Shown here: in pieces, positions 27,831 through 41,790 of the stretch
Numbering within the stretch: the stretch's first letter is position 1
Layout of the letters: every line of letters begins with the position of its first letter
DNA from: Octopus sinensis
Taxonomy: Eukaryota
Assembly (NCBI RefSeq): GCF_006345805.1
Contig: NC_042999.1
Location: forward strand, 103,044,001 to 103,108,000
DNA length: 64,000 nucleotides
Direction of reading: 5' to 3'
Notes under the pieces: generated by a model
The model's database searches: none
Told to the model about the DNA's origin: nothing
Seen by the model: the letters and a program-made list of their open reading frames with translations, nothing else
Program-made: the position numbers and the translations under genes

Positions 27831-28153
27831 TTCTAGACTCCGCCGGTTACGACGACGAGGGTCCCAGCTGATACGATCAACGGAACAGCTTGCTCGTGAA
27901 ATTAACGTGCAAATGGCTGAGCATTCCACAGACACGTGTACCCTTAACGTAGTTCTCGGGGATAATCAGCGTGACACAGAGAGTGACAAGGCTGACCCTT
28001 TGAAATACAAGTACAACTCATTTTTGCCAGCTGAGTGGACTGGAGCAACGTGAAATAAAGTGTCTTGCTCAAGGACACAACGCGTCGCCGGGAATCGAAC
28101 TCACCTTACGATCATGAGCCGAATGCCCTAACCACTAAGCCACGCGCCCTCAT
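27831..28153 (-). mobile_element. Intact tRNA-derived SINE family 3 with 12-bp target-site duplication
   Basis: Minus strand has A box TGGCTTAGTGG, B box GTTCGATTCC and central GTGTCCTTGAGCAAGACAC. TTGTAGGACAGT is duplicated at 27819-27830 and 28154-28165. Confidence 0.9.
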
Positions 28154-29841
28154 TTGTAGGACAGTACGCAGCACGTGTACTACAGCAGTTTTATGCATAG
28201 CTTAAATACTGAGATTGAAAAGCAAGGGCGAATTATACCTACCTAACCTACAAAAAAAATATTTTGCATTTTATGCATAGTGTTCAGAGTAACCTTCATA
28301 ATTTCATTGAGTTACGTACCTATTTTGTCATAAAAGGAAAATGTTGCAATCGATCTATTTTATTCAGGGTAGGCAGTTCCTACCTTGCCTACCTAGGTGG
28401 CACCTCCATGGTGTTACTAAATCATCGCTTTTCGAGTGTTGAGGGTTAATTAAACTTAGAGGCAGTTGAAGGTTCATAGGAGCCGTGAATAAAGAATAGA
28501 CACCCACAGAATCCCTCAGCTGAAAGACAGATGTTGAAACCTCCCCATAAAGGATGGCTTACCCATAGTTGCTCTAACAGCGGAATCTGAATAAGTTTTA
28601 CAGAAGATATATCTTATAAACTAAAATCAAATTATATATTTTATTGTAAAAATATCACTTCATGTGTTTATTAAAAGGCTTGATTTATTTTATTAAATGT
28701 AATGGCTGCAACAAAGACTTCCCTGGACAAAGAATCTTACTTTGAGAAACAATCTCAAAAATATGAGATACTAATATGAGACAGATTTCGCTAAGTAAAC
28801 GTGTCGAATTACGTGCTAGGAACAAATCATCAAATTTGTATTCTACCTACTTTACGTTTGTTATGACATAACCACAGGCAAAATATAGACAAATTAATAA
28901 AATATGTTTATTAAAATTACAAAGCAGGACTGAATAAGCTATATCAATATATGGGACAGACATTAACCTATTCTTCATATTCTTACACACAAACACATAG
29001 GCAATTATATACACAAATATGTAAGCTATTTATTATTCTTAGCTATTCTGACAACTCATATTTTGTTTTAACACATTACAGATGCATTGAATTTAACTGA
29101 GACTTGGAACTTTGCTGTAGTTGTGGTCCATGTTATCATAGTGACCTAATACGCACACAACGCGCATTGTTATACAGGCTAAAACGAGAAACATTACGAG
29201 AAACATTACATTCGAAAATTTGGCGCAGCTATCATTCTAACTGCCGCACGATGCATAAGAAAGAGCAAACTTTCAAACTGTGAGCAAAGTGTAGAGGAAT
29301 ATGGCATAGTTCGAAGGATTTCTATCCCTCACAACTTATATATATATATGCGTTTATGAATTTGTTTTGCAAGATTCCTGATCTGAAACCGTGTGTTAAA
29401 ACATATATTGTTATATTTCAGATGGGGATTTTTTTCTTGCCAAATAAACACACGCACTGTATATCTGTTCTTCTCCCCTTTGAGCTCCCGCTGGATTTTT
29501 CCTACCCACTCCCTTAAGTTACGTACCATCTCCTCAATGTAAGTTGTTGTCTTGATTCTACACCATCTCATAATAGACTGTAAGCTATAGACAGTGCTTT
29601 ACCAAGATGCTCAATCAGAACATAGAGGCTCGGTTAATAGCATAGAGATTAAGGTATTATCAATGCATAGAACAGGCACGACACTTAGACTACAGAGGCC
29701 ACATTCTGTAATAGACAGACAAAGCCTCAACAGAAAACACGAATAGAACAATAACACCCACCAACACCACCAACACCACAACAATAGTACGCACCTCGAC
29801 GACTAAAGACATAAGGAAAAAAGACACAAATACAAACAGTA

Positions 29842-30861
29842 TAATACATAAACACATACATATACACAAAGGACACACATACACATCCTTTTTATGAAAT
29901 ATAAGAAATCAAGATAAATAAGCATAAAATGCAAGAAAAAACTACATAAAGGGCATGGGTACAAACAATATAGCAAACCCATATACACGCACACAAAAAC
30001 ACACATACAAAACACATAGACACGCATACACACGCACAGACGCACACACACTCATACACACACCATAGAAAGACATAATGGATTAAACAGAACTAGAGGA
30101 CACACGTTGGTTGAAGGTGTTGCCGAAAAGATATGTGACGAAAGATTTTCAGACAATGGAATACAATAAAGTAAAAACAATAATAAACGGGTGAAGAACG
30201 AATATGTAGTATATATGCTTATTTGGCAGGAAAATCACCATCCAAATATAAAAATAGATGTGGATCGTTGGCAATTTTCCCCTCTGTCTTCCTTTTCTCT
30301 TGGACTTTCCTGTCTCCTGTTTCTGTAGAAGAGCTTTGCTCGAAACGTAAAACAACCTTTCTTTCCTTCCATTAGTCATTAGGGGTACATAGTAGTTCGA
30401 AGTAAATTTGTGGCATACCACTTTAATGTGAAACAATATATTCGCATATCCGCGCGTACGCGCGTATTTTCTCTGTGTGCTTGTAGTATCTTATAGGTGT
30501 GCACGCGCGAGTACGTGCCTGCATATTCTCATGTGCAGAGAGGAAGTTGTAGGGAGGTCACGAGGTTAAGAAAATATAAAGGTAGCTAAAGAAATTGTAT
30601 GGTATAAATTATATGTAATACATAAACACATACATATACACAAAGGACACACATACACATACTTTTTATGAAATATAAGAAATCAAGATAAATAAGCATA
30701 AAAATGCAAGAAAAAACTACATAAAGGGCATGGGTACAAACAATATAGCAAACCCATATACACGCACGCAAAAACACACATACAAAACACATAGACACGC
30801 ATACACACGCACACACGCACAGACGCACACACACACACGCACACACTCATACACACACCAT
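29842..30861. repeat. Pair of ~230-bp direct repeats (29842-30066 and 30616-30861)
   Basis: Near-identical, including non-microsatellite text (TTTTATGAAATATAAGAAATCAAGATAAATAAGC...AAAGGGCATGGGTACAAAC). Confidence 0.9.
30145..30440 (+). mobile_element. Penelope-like pLTR fragment with a hammerhead-like core
   Basis: TGTTT-CTGTAGAA-GAGC-TTT-GCTC-GAAACGT-A-AAACA at 30318-30354. Confidence 0.5.
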
Positions 30862-30869
30862 TAGGAAGG

Positions 30870-31900
30870 GCGCTATTATTTGTACCTTGAGAATGTGTTA
30901 TATAACCTATGTGTACAACTGAGAATTCGGTGGCTCTCTTCATTCAGACAATCGTTGTATTGCATAATAGATAAGACTTCTGCGATGCAGAGAGCGTATT
31001 TATTGTTATAACCCTTATACGGTTTGATATGGGTAATAATGGACCATTTTAAGGTGTAGAGAACAGAGGTTTCTTCGTGGTTATGAATGAGCCGAGATAC
31101 AAAACAAAAAAGTGCTGTTAGATCTCGCTTGAGATTTAAAACTAGAATAGTGGTAGCCATCTCTGACCTTGGAGGTGATGCCGCATGTTTGGATTTTTCC
31201 GTTGATACCGGATATTTATATACAATATTTTGTGTGGAGTCTTTTATCTAAGGGACAGGAGGTAGGATTTCTACAGCTGCATAGGATTCTAGAAGGTCCT
31301 AAAATGGAGATTGCGGAGTTAAGATTATCTGGGTTTAACCTAGTGTTATACGTATTGTCCGCAGCGGTGTTAGAATTGGTGTTTGTTAGGGTGGTGAGGG
31401 AGTTGTCCGGGGGTTGTAGCTTATAGTTCTTATACCTAATAATATTATTCCTATCATTGCCTATTTCAGTGGTGGGTATACCCAGATCACTAGATTGATT
31501 AAGGGTATTGAGTGGAGTGTTAGGATTAGTACTAGTGGTGTGGACGTCGGTATTGGTAAGGAAGTTTAAGGATGTCCTAGCGTAGGGGTGTGGAGGTTAG
31601 GGTGAGTTGTGTTAGTATGATTAAAGTTAACTAATTGTTGGTTACGAAGTTTTTAATTATTCTGACGTCGAATTATATCGGCAATGTTAGTTGTGATGAA
31701 GTAGGAAAATTTAATCGATTTGGGGGTTCAAAATATATATAATGTTGTTGTGAGTTCAATTTAAGGACAGTTGGTTGCGACCTACTTTTGAAATAAATCC
31801 ATTGTTCTGTCAGATTCACGAAAGAGTGATGGCTTTTAGAAGGACCCCTCCCCTTGTGCCGGTCAAGGAAAGTTCGAGGAAACCCCTTAAAAAGCAAAGA
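30870..31900 (-). mobile_element. Penelope-like element, decayed RT C-terminus and GIY-YIG endonuclease
   Basis: Across frameshifts: KVGRN.LSL..TH, KSIKFSYFITTNIADIIRRQN, CSCRNPTSCPLD, and ORF 30876-31160 (YTLKWSIITHIKPYKG...ALCIAEVL.I...CLNE...CTHR), as in Poseidon/Penelope-type C-termini. Confidence 0.65.
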
Positions 31901-32696
31901 GATGTGAGTCTGTTAGTCAGTCGAGGACAGAGCAAGTGTGTAACAGGTTGTTTCTGCTGTGCGAGATGAAAGGCAGTTGGCAGATGGGATTCATCGAGTT
32001 AGCAGTGGTTGTTCTGCTGTGACGGTAACTGGAAGAGGAAGATAGGCAGATGGGATTACGGCTTGAGGCGGCGACGGCGTAAGGAAAGACAGACAGATAG
32101 TATTAAATAGCTAATAGAGAGGACTACGGTGTGAGGCATTGGCTGTTGTACGGTATGTGTTGATTATTGAGTTGTGTTACTTATGTAAAAGAATTGAACA
32201 ATGTGAATTGAGTAAAGGACTTGTTGATGTGTCATAGAGAACAATGTGAATTGTATTGATACGTGTTACAAAAAAAGAAGGAAAAAAGACAAGAACTCTG
32301 AACTGTATCGTTAATGTGTACGTTAATTGAACTGTTGTGACTTGAACATTGTATAATGTATTGATTTGTTGTTTTCTTTAAATGCTGTTGTTTTATTGTA
32401 TCAGCGTGTATTGTTGCTTTGATTTGTAACGTGAATTATTTGTCTATGAACACTGTATATTGCATCTGCATGCTGTTGATTCTGTTGCCTGTATTTACTT
32501 TGATGTACCTGATGTATCACATTGTATTTGTTGTAATATTTCTATAAACTGTTGTTAAATGTAGCCGATTGCCTCTGTGTCTCTCTCCTCTCTGGGTTCC
32601 GTGGCGAAATTTCCCGATCGATCGAGCCTGGTCAATCTTCGTCGCTCGACTTGTTGGGATCCCGGGTTCGATTTCGAGCGACGGCAGGTCGTAACA
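31900..32696 (+). mobile_element. Possible LTR-like remnant ending in ...GGTCGTAACA
   Basis: TATA-like TATTAAATAG at ~32101, TG-rich body and a ...CGTAACA end; no matching 5' TG end or partner LTR found. Confidence 0.3.
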
Positions 32697-32789
32697 ATAT
32701 ATATATATAGAGAGAATATATATTCTTATGTATGTATAAAATAAATATTACATTATAATACAACACGCGTGCGCACACACGCTCACACA

Positions 32790-32792
32790 CTC

Positions 32793-32825
<33 letters not shown>

Positions 32826-32935
32826 TGTATGTATGTATGTATGTATGTATGTATTTATGTATGTATGTACGTATGTATGTATGTATGTATGTATGTATGC
32901 ATGCATGTATGTATGTATGTATGCATGTATGCATG
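32790..32935. repeat. (TATG)n microsatellite
   Basis: Direct reading. Confidence 0.93.
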
Positions 32936-32940
32936 TACTT

Positions 32941-33478
32941 ACTTTGATACTTTGATACTTTGATAGGTTTCGGCCATTATTGGCCCATGCCATGTCTAAC
33001 TTAATAGCACCACCTGGTGAAGTCTTTCAAGTCAGAATTTGGGCACTATGGCCCACTCAAGTAGAGAGTTATTGTTTACAGAGACATATCCGGGTGTAGG
33101 GTATTTATCCGGGATTTCTTGAAGGAATCTGTCCAAAGACCTCTTGAACCCTATAGGGTCTGTTTCTGTTTTAATGTGTTTTGGTGTAATGTTAAAGAGA
33201 GCGGGGCCAATTGCGGTGAAATAATTGTGCCGTATTGTTGTTATGAGATGAGAGTGCGATTTTTGTTTTGGGCGGATGGCACGGGGCCCAAGCCTTGGAT
33301 GTACCTTAAAGGTGATGCCAACATCATTTGGGCAATGCTGATGGAATATTTTCCACATCATGCAGATGATGTAGCGCTCACGACGACGTTGGAGAGAATA
33401 AAGTTTTAGCTTTTCTAGTCGACCCCAATAGTCGAGGCCTGTCATGCCATCTATCTTTTTTGTGATTGCCCTTTGTAC
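32941..33478 (-). mobile_element. CR1-type LINE, 5'-truncated, with 8-mer terminal repeats
   Basis: ORF VQRAITKKIDGM..LDYWGRLEKLKLYSLQRRRERY...GPALFN...FKRSLDRFLQEIPD; short 3' UTR with GGCC-AATAAT-GGCC hairpin and (ATCAAAGT)x3 tail; lies inside a (TATG)n tract. Confidence 0.85.
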
Positions 33479-33649
33479 GTATGTATGTATGTTTATATGT
33501 TGTATGCATGTATACACTCAGACACAAACACACTTTCTTTACCCTTCTAGTGTTCATGTTTGATAGAAATCAACATTTATTCAGTCGTAATTTTTGAATT
33601 CAGATCACAAAATAACACAAGGCTATTGAAGTTGACTGTATATAACTAC

Positions 33650-34560
<911 letters not shown>

Positions 34561-35064
34561 TGTGTACAAGTATACATTCAAAAATAAAAGCTAATTAGGC
34601 CTGTAAATCTGCAAAGATGACAAGATTTGAAAATGAAATATTGTGGTTCTTACATTTCATTGTAAGGCAATTTTTTTGTAATCCTACTTAGAACCGTTTG
34701 TTGCAAAATTGAAAACAAAATACAGACATACATACGAATGTACGTACATACATAAATACATATCTATATGTTTATGTATATAAATATGTGTGTGTACATA
34801 TACGTACACATTTATATGTATGATACACATCATATATATGCATAAATATCTATCTATCTCTCCGTCCATCCATCCATCCATCCATCCATCTATCCATCCA
34901 TCTATCTATCCATCTATCTACCGATAGATTAGTATATATAAGCTGCATCTTATATGGAAATATATATTATTGACACCATGAAAATTATCATAGTCTAAAA
35001 GAAATGTCGTATGTAAACAGACATACACAAATTTATGCTGGTGTACTCGCTCTGAAATATGGAA

Positions 35065-35106
<42 letters not shown>

Positions 35107-37309
35107 GTTGTTGTTGTTGTTGTGTTGTTGTTGTTGTTGTTGTTATTTTTATTATTATTGTAATATATATAATATATATGTATATAATATTATTTTATTT
35201 AAACGTATATTTCATCGATAATATCGTATATGAACACTTATATCTTGTGTAACAACCTACACTTAAGTATATTTTTTCAGAATACCCTTACATGTAAACC
35301 AATATTTTATCAATCCTATCATGTATAAATATATTTTTGTATGAAAATAAAGACAATAAAAACGTGTAATGGATAAACACACACATTATAAATTACTTTA
35401 TTGATCTTGTGTTTGGCAGATCCAATCTTGATATTATCTATCTTTAGATATTTTTCCTTTGTTTTGTAATTCTTTTCTTAATGTCCACCAGAATCGGCGT
35501 ATCTATTGTTTCTTGTGATTTCAAATCGTATTTATGTTTTAGATTTTAGTTAAATATCTAAAACTTAAAAAAAAGCCCAAACTTTTCATGTTTGTATGCA
35601 ATGTATACTAAAGACGACTCCAGCATCTAAAATTCTAAATTTATTATTTTTACATTTGCAATAGATTTCTTCAACTGAATTTAGACTGTATTGACAGAGA
35701 CAAACTAAAAAAAAACAGCAGCAAAAACAAACAAAAAGGTAGAACAAAACTGAAGAACCTCACCTCACTCCAGCTGGCAGTTAAATTCAAGTAATTTAAG
35801 ATTACATAAAGATCGGATAGAAAAGATTATCCTTCCATATTCAGTAGTTACAAGACATAAATTTCAAGTTTTATATATTTACAAACGGTAGAAACTCACA
35901 AAAGTCTCCGGCGCGTTCTAATTTCTTTCTTTATGGAGCCAACAATGGAACCAGAATGTGGTCGTGGGAGCAACCAGAAATAGCAGGCAAATCTCTGCAT
36001 GATTCATACTTTACCACATTTAAAATATAACGGCAACATTTACGTAAGAAGAAAATATGCAGGATTGTCACAACTAAATAGTGTCTAATCGTAGGTATAC
36101 TCAAACAAAACTGGCTTACAATACAAAGCAGGGGGAAGACCAAGAATGATGATTACAGTTATAATACTAAAGGATATTTCTAATGAATTTCCAAACAAAA
36201 TTCTTCAAACTTTGAGAAATATATATCACTGTAGTTTCCTTGAATTGAACTGATACTTGTAGGTTTGAAAGTTACGGATTCTTTGCATCTCTCTGCTCTA
36301 AGCAGAGAGAACAATACTTATTGTTTTATTTATACTCAGAGCAGGCTCTCTAGTCTGTGTAAGTGAAATTCTCTATGATAGATTACATCAACCTCTACTG
36401 TATATTTTCTGCTACTTATTTCAGAGTTTGATGAATGACAGTGTTAAATCTGGCCAGAGTCTTGAATAGTAGACGAGGATAGTTTTCTACAATCTTAAGC
36501 AAGAGAGCGATTGCTTTCTCGCTGAACAAATTATCAATCGTTTGGAAGTAATCATTGCGTAAAACGGTCTTGTGATGAAGAACAGTCCAACAATGACTTT
36601 TCAATCATTTTTTTTTTTTAGAACACTATACATCTGAGATGTATTATCCAATTTATTTTTATGCATTTCCGAAGAGGGCAGGCTGTGGTTTGAGTAAGAT
36701 AGGATTTTAGCAGGTCAAAAGGCTGCATAGAGTGTACATTTTATGTTTACTGTGTTGTCTATATGTGAATTTGTGTGTGTGTGGTGTGTGTGTGTGTGTA
36801 AGGTATTTAAGTAAGTTTACCAGCATTTGTGTGCTGAAAGCTTGTGCAACTGTGTGTATGTGTATGTACTTGTGTAAGTTTAAGAATCTCTGTGGGTGTT
36901 CTATAAAGAATAAAGAGGTTTTGCATTTACCTTGAACATTAGAGCAAGAAATATTTCCTTATCCAGAATGTTTCATGTTATATAAACTAGAGTAGTAGAG
37001 TCGAAGGATACTGTCTTAACTATCTCATCCTTCACACAGTGGTACATTCATTTATATGCGCTATGAAATATAGAATACTCCTACGCAGTACATATCCTAA
37101 GTTATATATCAGGCCATTAAGAAGGAAATGTCCAATTTTCTTACGCACCAAATTTGACAGTCGTTAACTCTAATGTTTTATCCTGACAATTCTTTGTTTT
37201 ACAACGTTGAAGAGTTACATCATCACTTTTCGAAATGCAATTCATGGTGCCTGATTATATTGTGAGTTTTCTGTTGTAAATCAATTTTTGTAAACCCATG
37301 GAAAGTTTT

Positions 37310-37860
37310 TAAAATTCGTGTTGTTTAAAAATATGAATTCTGTCGTGGAACCAATGCATCCCAGACTGCTCGAAACGTTAATGTGGTGTTTGTTGAAGAT
37401 GTGGCGATGGTTTGAAAAGCTCCGGTCTGGTGACTTTACTCTTAAAAATCAGCCCCGTGATAGACTTGAGACCAAGGTGGATAATGATGAGCTGGAAACT
37501 GTAGTGGAAGTGGATACATCTCAAACTACTTGTGAGTTAGCAGCAAGGTTTGACGTTTTGATTCCTCCTGTATTTGACCATCTGAAACAAATCGGCAGGG
37601 TAAAGAAGCTGGCCAAAGGGATATCACACGAACTGAGCGAGCATCAAATGACAAGTCGTCTTGAAACTTGCTGTTCTTTACTGTCATCGTATTGTTACAT
37701 TTGAGGAAAAATGGATTCATTTCAACAATAGCAAGCATTCTACACGGTGGGTGGAAAGAGACAAAGTGCCAAAACACTATCCAAAAGAAAATATTCGCCA
37801 AAAGACTCTAATGGTGTTTGTTTGGTGGTCCAGCGCTGGGGTCATCCAAATTTTGCGTAG
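37310..37860 (+). mobile_element. Mariner transposase pseudogene, N-terminal/central part
   Basis: YEFCRGTNASQTARNVN..., WFEKLRSGDFTLKNQPR..., ELAARF, HLKQIG.VKKL....HEL, RIVTFEEKWI (TGDEKW-like), KTLMVFVWWS. Confidence 0.8.
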
Positions 37861-38122
37861 ACCAGAGCTGGTACAGAAAAGCGTTTGGCAAAATTTGATG
37901 CATATTCTCTGCTAAACTTTCTCTGTCGTGGTCAATGTGACGATCACATGCTGCACACCTTTCTTCCAAGCACTGCTGTAAATAGCGGCAGTCAGCTAGA
38001 ATATTAAAATTAGTGCGTATGCACAACAGAGTTCAAGGTCAATCTGTGCAAAGCGGCTCCACTCTGCGTGTTTTAGCTTCGTTATTATAACAACAGTCTG
38101 GACACATATTGATTAGACCACA

Positions 38123-38186
<64 letters not shown>

Positions 38187-39849
38187 GCTCTTTTTAATAT
38201 CAAAAATTGTATTTTCAAACAGAATATCTGATATATAGTCTATTACCATATATAATATATATTAAAGATGGAATATGCTTATGTAGAATATATTCTATGA
38301 AATATAGAATATTCTTCTACAGCTTATACTTTTATGTTTTATAGCCTACAAAATATCTCTACGTAGCATATTCGTTTATAGACTATGCTGTTCAGAAATT
38401 TTTTTATGGGCCTATGTAGTCGCAAGCAGACATGGACATCTCGTCGATTCTGCCTTTCTTCATCTCGCGGCACATTTCGGATGTAACAACTGAAAAGCGA
38501 GACTGCTCCACCAGCACTCATTGGGTTCTTGTTTCAGTTGAGTAGATTACATCGAATGAATTGTCTTGTTCAAAAACACATTAACTTATGAATCATTCTT
38601 AAGATCGTGAATTTAACACGCTAATCGTTAGGCCACAAACCTGAGTACATAGCGTAGCCGAATGCTTGGAGAGTTTCTTTCCTAATCCTGTGGTTTCGGG
38701 TTCACTCCTATTGCGTGGCAGCCTAGGCAAGTGTCATTTAACGTTTTCAGTGGCCTAGAGAAGCCTTACCCCCACCAAAAATCAAATGCTTCTCAATGTA
38801 TGTAAGTAGTTCCTCGACTTGTTATAAAATTTATCCACAACCTTCTCCTTTCCCACAGCATGCCATGAGAAACACCAGACTATGCAAAACACACAGACAG
38901 ACACACATATACACTTATATTGTGATGGTTTATATTTTGTAGTTGGAAAAAATTAGAAGTGCTCGACAAATTCTTAGGTGTGTTTGTGTGTGTGTGTGAT
39001 GTGTGCGTGCGTGTGTGATCTGGAATGAAAGACTCCTTATCAGCCAGCTTTGTTTTATTGACTGCTTTCATAGCCTATATGGCGGCTTGTGAGGTAATGT
39101 TTTAACTCCTATTTATCTCGCAGGAAGTCTGAATCTGATAGAGTGAACAGGAAAAGAACCGCAACTCAAGATTTGGTGCTAACCACTTCCTTGGTTCTTG
39201 TAAGTGGTTCTGCGAGAGACTGTCATTACATAGGACAGATCTTCGAGTTGTTATCAACGAAGCTCGGGCTCTGTCATATTTGTTATGGGTCCACGTATGA
39301 ACCTCTTCCACTTATATCCTCTAGCTGAGGGAGACACTATGGGAGTAGTATTAGTAATCAGTGCATCAAGATAGCATGTCTCCCTCAGACTAGTGATGTG
39401 GTTCAAACGCATGTAATAGAGTAGCCCCTTTTAAAGGTACTCAAGGTCCATATTTAAAACCAGAGGAGAAATTAGATTTATCACTTAATACTTATATTAA
39501 ACTTTTAAAGGAATTTCGCGACATTTGGTAAGACTCACATGGAATATGTTCGAATAATAAATGTTTGATCTGTGAAGTACTATTATAATGCCGAACATTC
39601 TTAGAGTATTCGCTGCTTATACTCCAATTTGTTTGTATTTGAAACTGATGTGGTTTAAAATATGCTTCAAGAGATGTCAGGAACAAGAAGGCTAGTTTCT
39701 TTTCTCGGTTATGCTAGCATCAAAAGCAATTTTCTTTTGTTGAATTATATTAAATGAAAATTTTAAGAGATATACACCTTCCTGTAGAGTTAAAAGAAGA
39801 CAAAAGAAATCACTTGCTTTTGGATAATTAGTTGGCTGGAAGCACATAG

Positions 39850-40900
39850 ATCTCTGCCATGGCCACTTCAGGACCTCTAATACGAAGGTATGGGGAAACC
39901 TGTGTCAGGTTAATTCGATTTGCGTCAAGTACGAACTGTCGGGGAGAAGTGAATATTAAAAAGAAAGAAGTTTCATGTAACAGCAATTGATGGGTTGATA
40001 GGAAGAGTCTGTTGACGCAGAATGAGACATTTGTTTAAAGCATTTGAATCAAGAATGATGATAGTAAGGAAAGAGGCGGGAAGTATATAATATATTTACG
40101 TGACAGGGCTGACATCATAACATGTAGAGGTGTAGACCAAAGGAAGAGAGAGAAGCTGTTAACTCTTCGATTCGGGTACTGCTACTACTGCACAGAACAT
40201 GAAATTTGGCAGTGAATAATGGGATATTCATGTCCATATTATGTGTGTCTGTAGACGTTAGAAGTGCACATGCATTTTCCTAAATATACAAAACGAAAAA
40301 CTAATGCATTGCGAATATACATCTAAATTCAGACAAAGACACTACGTATATATATGTATATAATATGTATATGCGTATATGTATATTTTTGATGAGAGAA
40401 AAGAAGAGTTTGCTTCCTTGAGACTGATGTTTTCCTTGAACACTTGCAATGAACGATTGATGAAAAATCATCATGGAGGAGGGAATTATAGAAGTGTAGG
40501 AAGAATGTGCATAAGAGTTAGTGCGTTGTTGCAGATATGGTACACACGCGACGGAGAGAAAGTAGGAGAGACGTAAAAGCCTATTGGGTTGAGTGGATAT
40601 AGCACGGAATCAGCCAGCGTCAAGAAGCAGGCACTACTGTAGTATCAGTAAAACAAGGGAAAAGCTCGTTTGTGATTCCACTGCTGGAGTATGTCACTGA
40701 GTGACTCCATGACATATGGAAGTTTGCATGTGGTAGAGAGGATAACAATGAACATGATGGCAAGTGAATGACTTTCATTCAGTGCGACAATACCAGTTTC
40801 CCTTCCTCAAAGTGGAAGGGATCAGGCTTAGGATGTTAGATTCTTAACTCTTCTCGGCAAATAAACTTACTGCTGTGAGCACTTTAATGGCACAATATAC
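39850..40900 (-). mobile_element. Highly decayed APE-type LINE (CR1/L2/Jockey-like) RT C-terminal region
   Basis: Only patchy similarity across frameshifts (LY..Q.R..MEY-like segment near 40660-40740). Confidence 0.3.
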
Positions 40901-41109
40901 ATACGTTACGCTTGTTTCTGAGTTGAAATCTTATCATTATCGACTATATCTTTCACTGATCTGGAGTTCTAAAATCAACAAAATGTACTAGTAGTATTAC
41001 GAGTTTCTGCGTGGTTGCTTGACCCGTTAGAAAAAGCGGTCAAATCACCCTCAATGTATACCATATCGTCTTAGAAACAAAGGGCTTATTAACAAAGTCG
41101 AATACACAT

Positions 41110-41246
41110 ACACAAGGTATGTGTGTTGTTACTTCGTGGGTTAGCTGCAGTGTTTAGGCTATAGAGCATAGAGAATATATTCTTTAATTCTCTCACGTCT
41201 AAAAAGCGCAGCCGACCCACGAACTAACTACACGCATATCTTGTGT
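41110..41246. repeat. Imperfect palindrome, MITE-like (51-bp arms, 35-bp spacer)
   Basis: 41110-41160 matches the reverse complement of 41196-41246 at 40/51 positions. Confidence 0.7.
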
Positions 41247-41579
41247 TCAATTTTGTTTATACTCCTCGAACTGCTTCTAATTAATATCTGAAATGACTTC
41301 TTGGTTAATGAATTGGTATGTCCCGACTCGTACAATATTGGATATATAAGACAGCACAATCAGTGCTAATTCCTCTTTCTCCTCCTCAGCATCATCATCA
41401 TCAGCAACGACAATAGCAATAACAAAAACATCAACAACGGACTAACGAGCAGCAACGGATACTCTGAAGTTTTAAAAAGGAGAAGACTTGTCGGGAAATG
41501 CAGAGGTAAATGCGCACTAACCAAACGAAGGACGGTTATTCATCGGTCGATTGCTTGCTGGAAGCTCACCAAAGAATAA

Positions 41580-41645
41580 CCATTATCCTCCTCTTCTTCT
41601 TCTTCCTCCTCCTCCCCTCCCCTTCCCCTCCCCCTCCTTCTCCTT

Positions 41646-41676
<31 letters not shown>

Positions 41677-41723
41677 CCACCACCACCACCATCATCATCA
41701 TCATTATCACCACCATCACCACC

Positions 41724-41757
<34 letters not shown>

Positions 41758-41790
41758 TCATCATCACCACAATCATCATCATCATCATCA
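41580..41790. repeat. (CTT/CTC)n and (CAT/CAC)n microsatellite
   Basis: Direct reading; source of the poly-His ORF. Confidence 0.92.
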
